Assembly: GCA_964437185.1 (NCBI GenBank)
Contig: CAYTFU010000001.1
Coordinates: 26,304 to 90,303, forward strand
Source: an uncultured Candidatus Saccharibacteria bacterium
Lineage (GTDB): Bacteria; Patescibacteriota; Minisyncoccia; Phycocordibacterales; UBA2100
Length of the DNA: 64,000 bases
Direction: 5' to 3'
Both the position numbers and the translations under genes were made by a program. Below are positions 35,398 through 44,386 of the stretch, in pieces. The notes under the pieces were generated by a model. It saw nothing but the letters and a program-made list of their open reading frames with translations, searched no databases and was not told where the DNA came from. Position 1 is the first letter of the stretch, and every line of letters begins with the position of its first letter.

Positions 35398-36650
35398 CGG
35401 GTAGATAGTAATTAAGGGTACCGTAATCGCCATATGAATATGGCGCACAAACAGGGGGTGTTTGAGGAGAAGTTGGAAGCGTACCTGAAGGGACCAAAGA
35501 AGCGCAGAAGCGAGATCCTAGACGCGGTGGTGGAGGTCTCGGGACTCACCAGAAAAGGAGCGATCAGGCGGTTCCGCGCGATGCAGATGCGTGATCCACG
35601 TGCCGCAGAGAGGCGGGGACGGCCTCGGACGTACACGTTCGATGTCATTGCTGCACTGAAAGAGGTCTGGGAGATCGGGAGTGAGTCCTGCGGAGAGAAT
35701 CTTCATCCACAAATCGCTGAATACGTCGATATCCAGATACAGGAGAATCAGTGGAAACATGGTGAGGTGGCCACGCACAAACTGCGGAAGATGAGTGTTG
35801 GGTCAGTGAAGACATATGTCGGCCAGTTCGCCCGCACGCGCCGGAACTTCGGCGGCAAGAGCACGACACAGAAAAGCAGCGTCATTTCGATGGTGCCGAT
35901 CCGTATGGACGGGTGGGACAAGGCGGAGACTGGTGTGACACAAGTCGACACAGTCGCGCACTGTGGAGCTGCGAACGCCGGAGACTTCGACTTCACCACG
36001 AACGGCACTGATGTAGCCACACTGTGGGGATCCCGCCGCGCACAGTGGGACAAGGGGCAAGAGACGACAAAGATCAGTCTTGAGGCCATGCGGAGGGACT
36101 CCCCGTTTCCATGGACAGAGATGCACCCCGATTCCGGAACCGAGTTCATCAACCACCATGTACTCGCGTACGCGAAGGATACGAAGCTGCGCGTGACCCG
36201 CTCGCGTCCATACCACAAGAACGACAACTGTTTCGTGGAGGAGCGTAACGGTCACGTGGTCCGCGCGTACGTGGGATATGAACGATTCGACGTACGGGCA
36301 ACAGTCGACGCACTCAACGATCTATATGACGTACTAACTCCATACCTGAACCACTTCATTGCGTCGAGACGCATTGTTTCCAAGGAACGCATTGGTGCGC
36401 GATGGAAAGTGAAGCGCGAGAAGGTCGCGAAAACTCCGTACCAACGAGTGCTTAACCGCAGTGACGTGACCGACGAAGTGAAAAACAAGCTCCGCGGTGA
36501 ACATTCAAAGTTGAATCCGGCGACGATGAAAAAGGAAATTGACCGTTTGACGAAACGCGTCCATGATATCCAGCGGCGATACGGGAACCCGCAGAAATTA
36601 TCAAAAGCTGCCTGAAATTCTTGGTACCCTTTTATTACTATCTACTACGG
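35398..36650 (+). mobile_element. IS element (~1.25 kb) with ~25-bp imperfect terminal inverted repeats, inserted between rpsL and a Tat-secreted protein gene
   Basis: Left end gggtagatagtaattaagggtacc (35398-35422). Right end ggtacccttttattactatctactacgg (36623-36650), whose reverse complement is ccgtagtagatagtaataaaagggtacc. The ends bracket a single transposase ORF. Confidence 0.6.
35434..36615 (+). CDS. DDE transposase (integrase-core/rve-like)
   Basis: 393 aa. The N-terminal region is HTH-like with RRGRPRTY. The catalytic core reads HPDSGTEFINHHV ... RSRPYHKNDNCFVEERNGHV (D..D....E spacing). Confidence 0.65.
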   Translation: MNMAHKQGVFEEKLEAYLKGPKKRRSEILDAVVEVSGLTRKGAIRRFRAMQMRDPRAAERRGRPRTYTFDVIAALKEVWEIGSESCGENLHPQIAEYVDIQIQENQWKHGEVATHKLRKMSVGSVKTYVGQFARTRRNFGGKSTTQKSSVISMVPIRMDGWDKAETGVTQVDTVAHCGAANAGDFDFTTNGTDVATLWGSRRAQWDKGQETTKISLEAMRRDSPFPWTEMHPDSGTEFINHHVLAYAKDTKLRVTRSRPYHKNDNCFVEERNGHVVRAYVGYERFDVRATVDALNDLYDVLTPYLNHFIASRRIVSKERIGARWKVKREKVAKTPYQRVLNRSDVTDEVKNKLRGEHSKLNPATMKKEIDRLTKRVHDIQRRYGNPQKLSKAA

Positions 36651-36654
36651 ACTA

Positions 36655-37122
36655 TCACTTACGCTCTCCCCGCCGCGGAGGAGCCACGTAATGAAACTGC
36701 TCAACGCGCACCCGGCCGTTTCTTTCCACACGTATAACCGCAATATCATTTGCCCCGCTCTTCTTCAATGTGCGGATCATGATCTTCTGGTCGTGCGTTA
36801 GTGAAATCGTTATATATGAATCCAACTTCTCATCAAATTCATTTGCATACGCGAAACCCTGAATCACCCGATCATAGGCTCGCACCCAGCCGGCCTTTAG
36901 GTCGTACTGGTACGTTCCTCCGAGACCGGCGATGTGCGCTGCCGCACGCTTATCGATACTCATAATGTCACTCGCACCTTCAACGACTCCGCCAACAATG
37001 TCCTGATCAGATGCCGTGCGCGCAGCATCGGCACCATGGGCTCCCATCGCCCCGAGCGCAGCGGTACCCGCAAGAAAGCGTCTTCGATTTATTTCACTCC
37101 CTTTTTCTCTTCCTTCGCGCAT
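36655..37122 (-). CDS. Tat-signal secreted protein (hypothetical)
   Basis: The real start MREGREKGSEINRRRFLAGTAALGAMGAHGA is a twin-arginine signal. The track ORF 36655..37551 extends upstream through the M50 gene in another frame. The stop lies 4 nt from the IS right end. Confidence 0.5.
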   Translation of the reverse strand: MREGREKGSEINRRRFLAGTAALGAMGAHGADAARTASDQDIVGGVVEGASDIMSIDKRAAAHIAGLGGTYQYDLKAGWVRAYDRVIQGFAYANEFDEKLDSYITISLTHDQKIMIRTLKKSGANDIAVIRVERNGRVRVEQFHYVAPPRRGERK

Positions 37123-37142
37123 ACGAAGAATGTCACGAACAA

Positions 37143-37769
37143 TTACACCCCCGCAACAGCATTGGCGATGCCGTAGATGAAGCGGCCGAAGGTGTTGCCC
37201 ATGAGGAGAATTACGATCACGATGAGACCCATCCCAAGAAAAGGATTTTGCTCCATACGCGTCCTCCATTCCTCGTACCCCCTTCCAAGGGGCCCGGGCA
37301 AAAATGGCTGTAGCACCTTCGAGCCGTCGAGCGGCGGGATAGGGATGAGGTTGAAGAAGAAAAGCATTACATTGACTATCACGATGATGAGGAGAATGTC
37401 GTTGATTTGTGCGAGAGCACCAGAGCGGATGAGGAGCGCCGAGATGAGTGCGATCACCGCATTTGAAAGCGGTCCTGCAAACGCGACCATCGCCTCGGAG
37501 AAGCGCCCTGCGCGTAGATTGAAGGGGTTGTACGGGACAGGCTTTGCCCAAGCGAAGAAAAGCGGCGAGTGCGAAAGCGCGAGCATGGCGGGTAAAAGGA
37601 TCGAGCCAAACAAATCAATATGCGGAAATGGGTTGAGGGTTAGACGGCCTGCGTATCGCGCCGTCGGATCACCGAGCTTATCCGCAGCAACACCGTGCAT
37701 CACTTCGTGAATGATCGCCGAGAATACAATGACGGCGATAAGGAAGAGGGTGTCGGCAAGTTGCATAAC
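37143..37769 (-). CDS. site-2 protease family (peptidase M50) membrane metalloprotease
   Basis: HEVMHG (HExxH) in the first TM helix. There are 4-5 TM helices and a second motif region NLIPIPPLDGSKV (LDG). Confidence 0.65.
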   Translation of the reverse strand, partial: VMQLADTLFLIAVIVFSAIIHEVMHGVAADKLGDPTARYAGRLTLNPFPHIDLFGSILLPAMLALSHSPLFFAWAKPVPYNPFNLRAGRFSEAMVAFAGPLSNAVIALISALLIRSGALAQINDILLIIVIVNVMLFFFNLIPIPPLDGSKVLQPFLPGPLGRGYEEWRTRMEQNPFLGMGLIVIVILLMGNTFGRFIYGIANAVAGV

Positions 37770-37824
37770 AAGAAATGAGAAATTGAGTAAGTAGAAGTGA
37801 GAATGACAGATAATAATGAAGAAA

Positions 37825-38232
37825 TCAACGCTTGCCTTTGAGTGTAAGGACGCTCGCGCCGAGAACGTTGTTAATCTCAACCGCCTCCTTCAATAATACA
37901 TCAACGTCGCCCGCATACTTTGCGTCATAGGTCTTGGCAAGTAAAAGCCAATATCGAGTCTCGTTCGACGATTTGAGTGCAATCTCAAAGAATTTTATAT
38001 AGTCCCTCTTCGAGCTCGCAGACTGAGCCTCAACGACGTTGGCTCCGACCGAACTTGAGCAACGAACTAACTGGTCCGACAACGCCCAAAGAGTTCTGTT
38101 CTCGCGAAAATGGTCGCAAAGCCGAAAAATAGAGACAGAAAACTTGATGAGGCGACTCACAAAATCTTTCTTCCATTTTGCTTTGTCATTCTCCATTCTA
38201 CCTTCGACTTTTTGATTTCCCATGCTAGGCAT
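37825..38232 (-). CDS. four-helix-bundle protein of the 23S-rRNA-intervening-sequence family
   Basis: FVSRLIKFSVSIFRLCDHF...ALSDQLVRCSSSVGANVVEAQSASSKRDYIKFFEIALKSSNETRYWLLLA matches the TIGR02436-type consensus (GDQL.RS..SIGANI.EA......DF..K...A..E..ET.YWL.L). Confidence 0.6.
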   Translation of the reverse strand: MPSMGNQKVEGRMENDKAKWKKDFVSRLIKFSVSIFRLCDHFRENRTLWALSDQLVRCSSSVGANVVEAQSASSKRDYIKFFEIALKSSNETRYWLLLAKTYDAKYAGDVDVLLKEAVEINNVLGASVLTLKGKR

Positions 38233-38248
38233 GCTAGCATGTGGACCT

Positions 38249-38273
38249 TATGGCAAAAATTTGTGAAATAACC
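38249..38273 (+). repeat. duplicated copy of the rpmB start (24/25 nt identical to 38337..38361), giving a truncated 11-codon pseudo-start
   Basis: ttatggcaaaaatttgtgaaataac occurs twice, 88 nt apart. The first copy reads MAKICEITPLV-stop. Confidence 0.7.
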
Positions 38274-38338
38274 CCGCTCGTATAAACCTCCGGTTTATCG
38301 AGGGGGCAAGCAGGTAAAGGAAAGACGGTACAAAAAAT

Positions 38339-38581
38339 ATGGCAAAAATTTGTGAAATAACAGGTAAAAAGAGTCAGGTGGGTGGAGGATACTCCAACCG
38401 CGTTCGCGCTACCAAGTTCAACCCTACGGGCAAGCGTCGCCGCTTCGTCAACCTCCAGAAGAAAACCCTTTTCATTCCTGAACTCGGCAAGAAGGTCACG
38501 ATTACGGTATCGGCCAAAGGCCTCAAGACAATGAAGAAGCGCGGGGCATTTCTCACCCTCAAGAAGGCCGGAATGATCTAG
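38339..38581 (+). CDS. rpmB: 50S ribosomal protein L28
   Basis: MAKICEITGKKSQVGGGYSNRVRATKFNPTGKRRRFVNLQKKTLFIPELGKKVTITVSAKGLKT matches L28 (MAKVCE.CGKK...G...SH...KT.RRF.PNLQ). Confidence 0.85.
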   Translation: MAKICEITGKKSQVGGGYSNRVRATKFNPTGKRRRFVNLQKKTLFIPELGKKVTITVSAKGLKTMKKRGAFLTLKKAGMI

Positions 38582-39432
38582 CGTTTTGAGACATTCACTC
38601 CATCGGACACAAAAGTAACGGTCCCCTCTGCGCACGTGTCGCTCAGGGGGATTTTTAGTTGAGCAAACGTGTCGAGCGTCTGCTGATGCGGATGCCCATA
38701 CGAGTTGTCGCACCCGCGCGAGATCACTGCGTACTCGGAGCCAACGAAACCGACAAACACGAGTGCGGATGAGGTCTTTGATCCATGGTGCCCTGCTTTT
38801 AAAACATTGGCCTTAAGTGAGGCGGGATCAAGAGCCACGAGGTACTTTTCAATCGCCTGCGGCGAATCGCACGAAAGCATAAAAGCAGTCTCGCCATACA
38901 CGAGCCGAGCGACGGTGCATCCCGTGTTGGTCTCTATGTGGGGCACGGGGCGATCAGGAAAGAGGATCTCGAGATACGCACCATCTCCCAAATCAACAAC
39001 GTGCCCGCGCTCAGCGATGACCGAAGGGGCTTCTTCCTGCTCTATGCGATCGAGGAGTACGCGCCACATCTGCGTATCTCCTTCGACACTTGATCGCACA
39101 ATCATGCTCACTTCGTAACGATCGAGCACGTCGATAAGGCCTCCGATATGATCGGCATCGGGGTGTGTAGCGACCACCACATCAATTGAGCGATCGTACC
39201 AGGGCATTACTTCGGCTAACTTTCTGAGCACCGAGCTCCCCTTCCCACCGTCGATGAGCATCTGTCGTCCGGAAGGCGCGCGAATAAAGATCGCATCACC
39301 TTGGCCCACATCGAGGAAGGAGACGGTGAGTCGCTCCCCGCGCGCACTGCTGAGAAGCACGTACCAGATCGAGGCACATACAACAACGAGGACGGCGATG
39401 GCAACCCCCTTGACCGCGCTGCTGCGACGCAT
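38578..39432 (-). CDS. membrane-anchored metallo-beta-lactamase-fold protein (ComEC C-terminal-domain-like)
   Basis: TM helix, then DVGQGDAIFI, ATHPDADHIGGL and AGHHGSK, the MBL/ComEC nuclease-domain motifs. Confidence 0.65.
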   Translation of the reverse strand: MRRSSAVKGVAIAVLVVVCASIWYVLLSSARGERLTVSFLDVGQGDAIFIRAPSGRQMLIDGGKGSSVLRKLAEVMPWYDRSIDVVVATHPDADHIGGLIDVLDRYEVSMIVRSSVEGDTQMWRVLLDRIEQEEAPSVIAERGHVVDLGDGAYLEILFPDRPVPHIETNTGCTVARLVYGETAFMLSCDSPQAIEKYLVALDPASLKANVLKAGHHGSKTSSALVFVGFVGSEYAVISRGCDNSYGHPHQQTLDTFAQLKIPLSDTCAEGTVTFVSDGVNVSKR

Positions 39433-39439
39433 AGCGCGA

Positions 39440-40054
39440 ATGATATACTCCTTTTATATGCACACATATACACCAAAGACATTTACTATTCCTACGCTCG
39501 ACGGCATCTCGGCGAAATCTATCGAAGAACACCTTGGGCTTTATCAAGGGTATGTGAAGAATTTCAATGACATTTCCGTGCAAATTGCGGATCTCGCTAC
39601 CACCGATTCAGGAAAGTACGCGCACGCGATTTCGGAGCTCGTACGCCGCCGCTCATTTGAATTCGATGGGATGCGCCTCCACGAGCTTTACTTCGCGCAA
39701 TTCGAAGGTGGTTCAACTCCCATTACAGCAGGCAGCCCGCTTGAAAAAGCGCTCACGGCTGCATACGCCCCATTTACTCTCGAAAAGGTCATGAAGATGA
39801 TCGGTAGCATGCGCGGCCCCGGCTGGGCGATGTTGTATTTCGATCCAGAGGCAAAAGAACTCCTCACCGGATTCTCAGGCGAACAACACCAGGGCCATTT
39901 CGCTACCCTCCCCATCATCCTCGCGCTTGATGTGTGGGAACACGCCTACCTGCTCGACTACGGCGCACTCGGCAAAGGTAAATACCTCGACGCATTCTTC
40001 AAAAACTTGAATTGGAGTGTCATTGAGAAGAGGTTTGCGACGGTACAGAGCTAG
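39440..40054 (+). CDS. Fe/Mn-family superoxide dismutase
   Basis: C-terminal signature DVWEHAYLLDY, plus FDGMRLHELYF and GGS...W. The ORF track extends upstream to 39254 where it overlaps the MBL gene; the start was chosen at MIYSF/MHTYT. Confidence 0.65.
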   Translation: MIYSFYMHTYTPKTFTIPTLDGISAKSIEEHLGLYQGYVKNFNDISVQIADLATTDSGKYAHAISELVRRRSFEFDGMRLHELYFAQFEGGSTPITAGSPLEKALTAAYAPFTLEKVMKMIGSMRGPGWAMLYFDPEAKELLTGFSGEQHQGHFATLPIILALDVWEHAYLLDYGALGKGKYLDAFFKNLNWSVIEKRFATVQS

Positions 40055-40165
40055 CGCGAAGCTTGCACCAGCCTCTTGCCCGCTGTAACCTCTCCCCACG
40101 CTCCACCCACGGAGCAACCCTCGTGCGCGTGCCGAGGGCAAATCTGAACATTGAGGTAAGAGAAA

Positions 40166-40609
40166 ATGCTGATCCGCGACATACCAATGACGGATTCTCA
40201 ACGGCCGATTACCATTCGCAAGAATGAGACGGTGCGGGAGGCGGCATGGAAGATGATTGATTTTAACGTCGGGGTCCTTGTGATCGTGGACGATGAGGGC
40301 CATTATGCTGGGACGGTGACAGACCGCGCAATGGCACGGAAAGTCACGAATCCGAAATTTTCGATCGAGCTCGATGTATGGGCAATTCGGACACCTGCCC
40401 TCAGCGGCTCACCCGATCAGACGGTCGCTGATTTGCGAACACGCGTGGAAATCGAGGGTACCCACTTCTTCACCCTCATCTGCGATGCGGACAACAAACC
40501 CACCCGCATCATCTCGTACGCGGACGCGTTGAAAGCAGAAAACGCCTTCCTATCGTCGGGATCATACGACCGGCACACGGGCCAGCGTCTGCCGGAGAAG
40601 GCAAGGTGA
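40166..40609 (+). CDS. CBS-domain pair protein
   Basis: Two CBS-like motifs (VREAAWKMIDFNVGVLVIVDDEGHYAGTVTDRAM and a second at 100-140). Confidence 0.55.
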   Translation: MLIRDIPMTDSQRPITIRKNETVREAAWKMIDFNVGVLVIVDDEGHYAGTVTDRAMARKVTNPKFSIELDVWAIRTPALSGSPDQTVADLRTRVEIEGTHFFTLICDADNKPTRIISYADALKAENAFLSSGSYDRHTGQRLPEKAR

Positions 40610-40672
40610 TGATTGCATTCTGTCATCAAGCACGCGGGCCGCCTTTCGTAGATTGGCGGCCCGTTTCGTTTT

Positions 40673-41257
40673 GTGGCTCAAGTGAGCCATATAAATATCC
40701 ACACATTTGACGATTTGCATAACATGTTTCATTCGGTTAGTATCTTCACTTCCACGATAGTGGAGAAGTCCTCGCCACAGAGGCGAGGCAAACCCCTGAA
40801 CAATTCTGTTAGGAGACAAAGGTTGAATATCGCCGATATACGTACGCTGGAGTGGTTCAAACCGCTCCCTACCACGCCTGGACGCACGCCGATCCAGCAA
40901 GCTGCACGCCTGATACACAAACATAAGCTGACTGGCGTCGCCCTCACAAGCGACGTGGGAAAGATTGTTGCCGTTCTGCCTGCATGCGGACTGGTGAACG
41001 AGCTCGGTAACAACTGGCCGAATTCGTGGATCGCCATCGCTGGACAACCGCGGGAAAACTATGAATGCTCCGGCAACACCAACCTGATTGACGCCTGGCG
41101 ACACATGTGGACGCATCAGTGTCAGCACGTGATCGTCCGCTACGGCGACGAGGACTTCGTGGCGACTATGGGCGATATCGCCAAGGCGATCATCGAACTC
41201 CAAGCAGCTGCATTGGCGCACCTCGGCGAATATGCGCAGAGGCAACGCGCCGCCTAA
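40673..41257 (+). CDS. CBS-domain-containing protein
   Basis: IQQAARLIHKHKLTGVALTSDVGKIVAVL and VIVRYGDEDFVATMGDIAKA fit CBS motifs. The antisense ORF 40562..41359 is judged spurious. Confidence 0.45.
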   Translation: MAQVSHINIHTFDDLHNMFHSVSIFTSTIVEKSSPQRRGKPLNNSVRRQRLNIADIRTLEWFKPLPTTPGRTPIQQAARLIHKHKLTGVALTSDVGKIVAVLPACGLVNELGNNWPNSWIAIAGQPRENYECSGNTNLIDAWRHMWTHQCQHVIVRYGDEDFVATMGDIAKAIIELQAAALAHLGEYAQRQRAA

Positions 41258-41433
41258 CAGCAGACCCGCAGGACGTGGATGCCTGTGGAAATTCAGGGAA
41301 AGGCCGCCGACATGAAATAGTCGGCGGCCTTTTCTCTTGATCCACGTTTCCACAGCCACCGCGGCTCACGGGCACCACGCCTTAAATATGTGATACGCTA
41401 TATCCGTTACACCTTATTTATAATTATTATCCT

Positions 41434-41877
41434 ATGAACCTCGAACGCTCATTTCTCGTCGTTTTCCTTGGCAATTATTTGATCAACACTATCGTAGCGG
41501 CGATCGTCGCGCTTGCGCCTCGATCCCCTGATGGCGGCATTGTGACCCTTCAGTATGTACTCTTTGTCTCCCTTTCGGCGCTCGTCGTCGCAGGGCTCGC
41601 CAAGTGGTATATGAATGACGCGCCTCGGACGATCAAGGGCGGCGTACTCTTCGGCGTTATGGGCGTCGTCGTCGCCGTCGTGACCGCATTTGTGACGGGT
41701 GTGGCTGGCGTCTTGGCTCAGACGGGCACTTTCTCGGCAGTTGTCGGAGTTCTTCCCAACTTCTGGCCGTTTATCTACAACTGGTCTACTCTCCTTCTCA
41801 TAGGATACTGGATTATCCCCGCAGCACTTATCGGATGGTACTTGCAGCCAAAGGAGGTGGCGCAGCCAGCGATGTAA
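41434..41877 (+). CDS. small integral membrane protein (4 TM)
   Basis: Hydrophobic profile only. Confidence 0.4.
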   Translation: MNLERSFLVVFLGNYLINTIVAAIVALAPRSPDGGIVTLQYVLFVSLSALVVAGLAKWYMNDAPRTIKGGVLFGVMGVVVAVVTAFVTGVAGVLAQTGTFSAVVGVLPNFWPFIYNWSTLLLIGYWIIPAALIGWYLQPKEVAQPAM

Positions 41878-41893
41878 AGTTTAGTACGACGTT

Positions 41894-43417
41894 TCAAACG
41901 GCCCCGCTTCGCGGGGCCGTTTTCGTTTGTCCCACCCTCCACCCCACGATGCCGAGCGCCGCGTACGCGGCGGCGAGCCACCACGCGCTAAACGCGGGAA
42001 TCGAGACATCAGAAAACGGGAGCGATGCGAAGAATTGCGCGATCGCAATGATGTACCACAAAAGCGCGTAGGCAGGTGCGGCGAGCGGGAGCGCAAACGA
42101 GCCGAGCGTCATGCCACCGAGCGCGGCAATGCCCGAAGCAGCCATGGCGTACGGGACGACAATCAGCGCAAAAAGGTTGGCCGGAATGGAGACGAGTGAG
42201 AGGAGTCCACCTTGGTAGAGGAGAAACGGCAAGACGGTGATTTGCGTCGCGATTGTAGAAGCGAAAATTTCACGAAGTCCGAAACGCTCCGTCATCCACC
42301 CGCATCGCGCCGCTATTGGCTCAGTAAAAACAATCAGTCCGAGCGTGGCGAGAATCGATAGCTGGAATCCCGGATCAAACGCGAGGTAGAGCGGATTCCA
42401 CACGACCATGCCGAGCGCAACCACGCCCAAGATGCGCAGTGCAATGAATACGCGCGCTGTGGCGCGCGCGTAGACGGCAATGAGCGACATCGCACCCGCG
42501 CGCACGGCGCTCGGCGCAGCGCCTGTCATGAGGACGACGAGCAAAACGGAAAATGCGATTCCTAAGTATTGAACTATTCTCGGAAAGAAAACGAGGCCGC
42601 GACGCAAGGCGTTGATCACGATTGTAATGTTGTAGCCCGAGAGCACGACGATGTGGATGAGCGAAACGGTCTTAAAGACTTCGGTGAGCTCGGCGCCAAT
42701 TGAGCGTTTGTCGCCAACCATGATTCCGCCTGCAAGTCCCGCCTCGGGCTCCGGCAATACCGCCTGCAGGCCGGCGAGAAATTGTTGTTTCACCCCTATC
42801 GCCGCCGCTTGCAACACGTTGCCGCTATTCTCTCCCTGCGATTCGACGCTCGCTTGAGCAAGGATATGCGTGATGCCGTCTTTTGCGAGATACATCGGGT
42901 AATCGAATTGACGCGTGTATGCGGGATCGTCGACGGAGCTGCTCGTGTCAAAACGCTGCGGGAGTTTGAGTGTGCCCTCCACCCGCACGCGATCTCCGTA
43001 TGCAACTTCTGTGTGCAAAGGAGCGACGGCAAGTATTCGCAGCTTCGTATTCTCAGGCACCTCGCCTGCGAGGCGGTCAACATTGATCGAAATCCGAACG
43101 CTCGCTTCGCGAACGTCCGGCTCAGATGTGACCACGCCCTCCAACTGGACAGTGGTGTCGAGGAGCGACTCGAGTGATGAATCAGTGATGGGCACTGCAA
43201 TACCGACACGCAATGATCCCAAGACAAACGCGATACTAGCGATGAGAAAAAACACCGGAGCGCGAATTCGCACTCCCTCGAGCCATTGCACTGCGAAAAC
43301 TGCGCACGCGATAACAAGGACAAAGCCTATTGTCTGCAGGTCGATGCGGACAAACGACGCAACAAACACTCCCGCGAGGAAACCGACGATCACGGCCCAC
43401 AGAATGCCCGCCTTCAT
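41894..43417 (-). CDS. comEC: ComEC/Rec2 DNA-uptake channel (DUF4131 plus competence transmembrane domain, lacking the MBL domain)
   Basis: 507-aa polytopic membrane protein. The architecture is an N-terminal OB-like segment (ISINVDRLAGE ... VRVEGTLKLP), followed by about 10 TM helices with GDKRSIGAELTEVFKTVSLIHIVVLSGYNIT, which is the ComEC competence domain. Confidence 0.7.
   Translation of the reverse strand: MKAGILWAVIVGFLAGVFVASFVRIDLQTIGFVLVIACAVFAVQWLEGVRIRAPVFFLIASIAFVLGSLRVGIAVPITDSSLESLLDTTVQLEGVVTSEPDVREASVRISINVDRLAGEVPENTKLRILAVAPLHTEVAYGDRVRVEGTLKLPQRFDTSSSVDDPAYTRQFDYPMYLAKDGITHILAQASVESQGENSGNVLQAAAIGVKQQFLAGLQAVLPEPEAGLAGGIMVGDKRSIGAELTEVFKTVSLIHIVVLSGYNITIVINALRRGLVFFPRIVQYLGIAFSVLLVVLMTGAAPSAVRAGAMSLIAVYARATARVFIALRILGVVALGMVVWNPLYLAFDPGFQLSILATLGLIVFTEPIAARCGWMTERFGLREIFASTIATQITVLPFLLYQGGLLSLVSIPANLFALIVVPYAMAASGIAALGGMTLGSFALPLAAPAYALLWYIIAIAQFFASLPFSDVSIPAFSAWWLAAAYAALGIVGWRVGQTKTAPRSGAV
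41899..41930 (+). terminator. Rho-independent terminator (cggccccgc-ttc-gcggggccg followed by ttttcgtttgt)
   Basis: A 9-bp GC stem with a T-run directly after it. It overlaps the last codons of convergent comEC. Confidence 0.75.
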
Positions 43418-43491
43418 GCAGACAGCGTAGCAAGGAAGCGCGTAGCGTGCTCGCGCCGCTCACAAACAACTAAGGAAAAACTACGGAACAA

Positions 43492-43809
43492 CTACAACTT
43501 CTTGATATCGAGTTTCTCAAGCTTCAGCGCTTTGAAGAGCGCATACACAATCGCGGCAATGATGAGGAAATCTATCGTGGCGGTGAGAAACGCGCCGAAC
43601 TTTACCGTGCCCATTGCCCAATTCGCGAGCGAATCGGTGGAGCCGACGAGGATGCCGATGATGGGATTGAGCACGTCTTGCACAAACGACGTCACAACCT
43701 TCGTGACAGCCGTACCGAGAATGAAGCCGATGGCGAGACCCATCACGCCCTGCTCGCGCACGAAGTTGAGAAAACCCTGAAATGATCCGACGACAGCATC
43801 TTGCATAGA
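43492..43809 (-). CDS. mscL: large-conductance mechanosensitive channel
   Basis: GFLNFVREQGVMGLAIGFILGTAVTKVVTSFVQDVLNPIIG ... FLIIAAIVYALFK aligns with MscL. Start MQDAVVG at 43809. Confidence 0.8.
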   Translation of the reverse strand, partial: SMQDAVVGSFQGFLNFVREQGVMGLAIGFILGTAVTKVVTSFVQDVLNPIIGILVGSTDSLANWAMGTVKFGAFLTATIDFLIIAAIVYALFKALKLEKLDIKKL

Positions 43810-43896
43810 ATCTATTTGTACTACGATCCGAGCGCTTCGTCTATCTGCGAGCGAAATCGATGTGCCCCAAACGCAATGGCGAGTGGGGCACATTTG

Positions 43897-44367
43897 TCAG
43901 CGGATCGGTGACGCATTACAAAGCACCAGAAGAGCTTCTTGGTACCACGGCGTGATACTGTCGAGCGCCGTAGGGTAACGACGCCATCCCCACACGCGAA
44001 GACCCACGTTCATGGCGACAACGCCGCTGTGCTCGACGAGAATGAGATTGGCGTACGCATCGGTCCGCAGTCCGAGATCGCTGCCACCATCCTGTCGGCG
44101 ATAGAACTTGTCCTGCATCTCGATCATGCGATCCAGTTGCGAAATTGAGAGAAGGTGCCGCCTCTCCTTGAGGAGCGTGGCAACTTCTCCGATCGTCAGT
44201 TCCGTCGGAAGGCGCAGTGACGCGCCTAGCATCGCTCGGGCAGTCAGCCTTTTGTTGAATGCGAAAACGGTAAGCGAGACGTCCTCGAACGTCACCTCCT
44301 TGTAGGCGACGTGGGGTGGCTTTTGCGGTATCACGATAACCTCCGTTGTGTTTGTGGCAGTTTTCAA
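43897..44367 (-). CDS. hypothetical protein
   Basis: 156-aa ORF with no motif recognised. Confidence 0.3.
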   Translation of the reverse strand: MKTATNTTEVIVIPQKPPHVAYKEVTFEDVSLTVFAFNKRLTARAMLGASLRLPTELTIGEVATLLKERRHLLSISQLDRMIEMQDKFYRRQDGGSDLGLRTDAYANLILVEHSGVVAMNVGLRVWGWRRYPTALDSITPWYQEALLVLCNASPIR

Positions 44368-44386
44368 TGAGCCGAGCTTTTGTATA

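Noticed and set aside
35645-36255. Several 75-160 aa minus-strand ORFs inside the IS element
   Set aside because: They are antisense to the transposase gene, which has clear DDE-type motifs.
36655-37551. 298-aa ORF as annotated by the track
   Set aside because: Only the last 155 codons (from the twin-arginine signal at 37122) look genuine. The upstream part overlaps the M50 protease gene out of frame.
38234-38713. 159-aa minus-strand ORF
   Set aside because: It is antisense to rpmB, which is unambiguous, and overlaps the MBL gene start.
40562-41359. 265-aa minus-strand ORF
   Set aside because: It overlaps two plus-strand CBS-domain genes that carry recognisable motifs. Its Arg/Gly/Leu-rich composition is typical of a GC-rich antisense frame.
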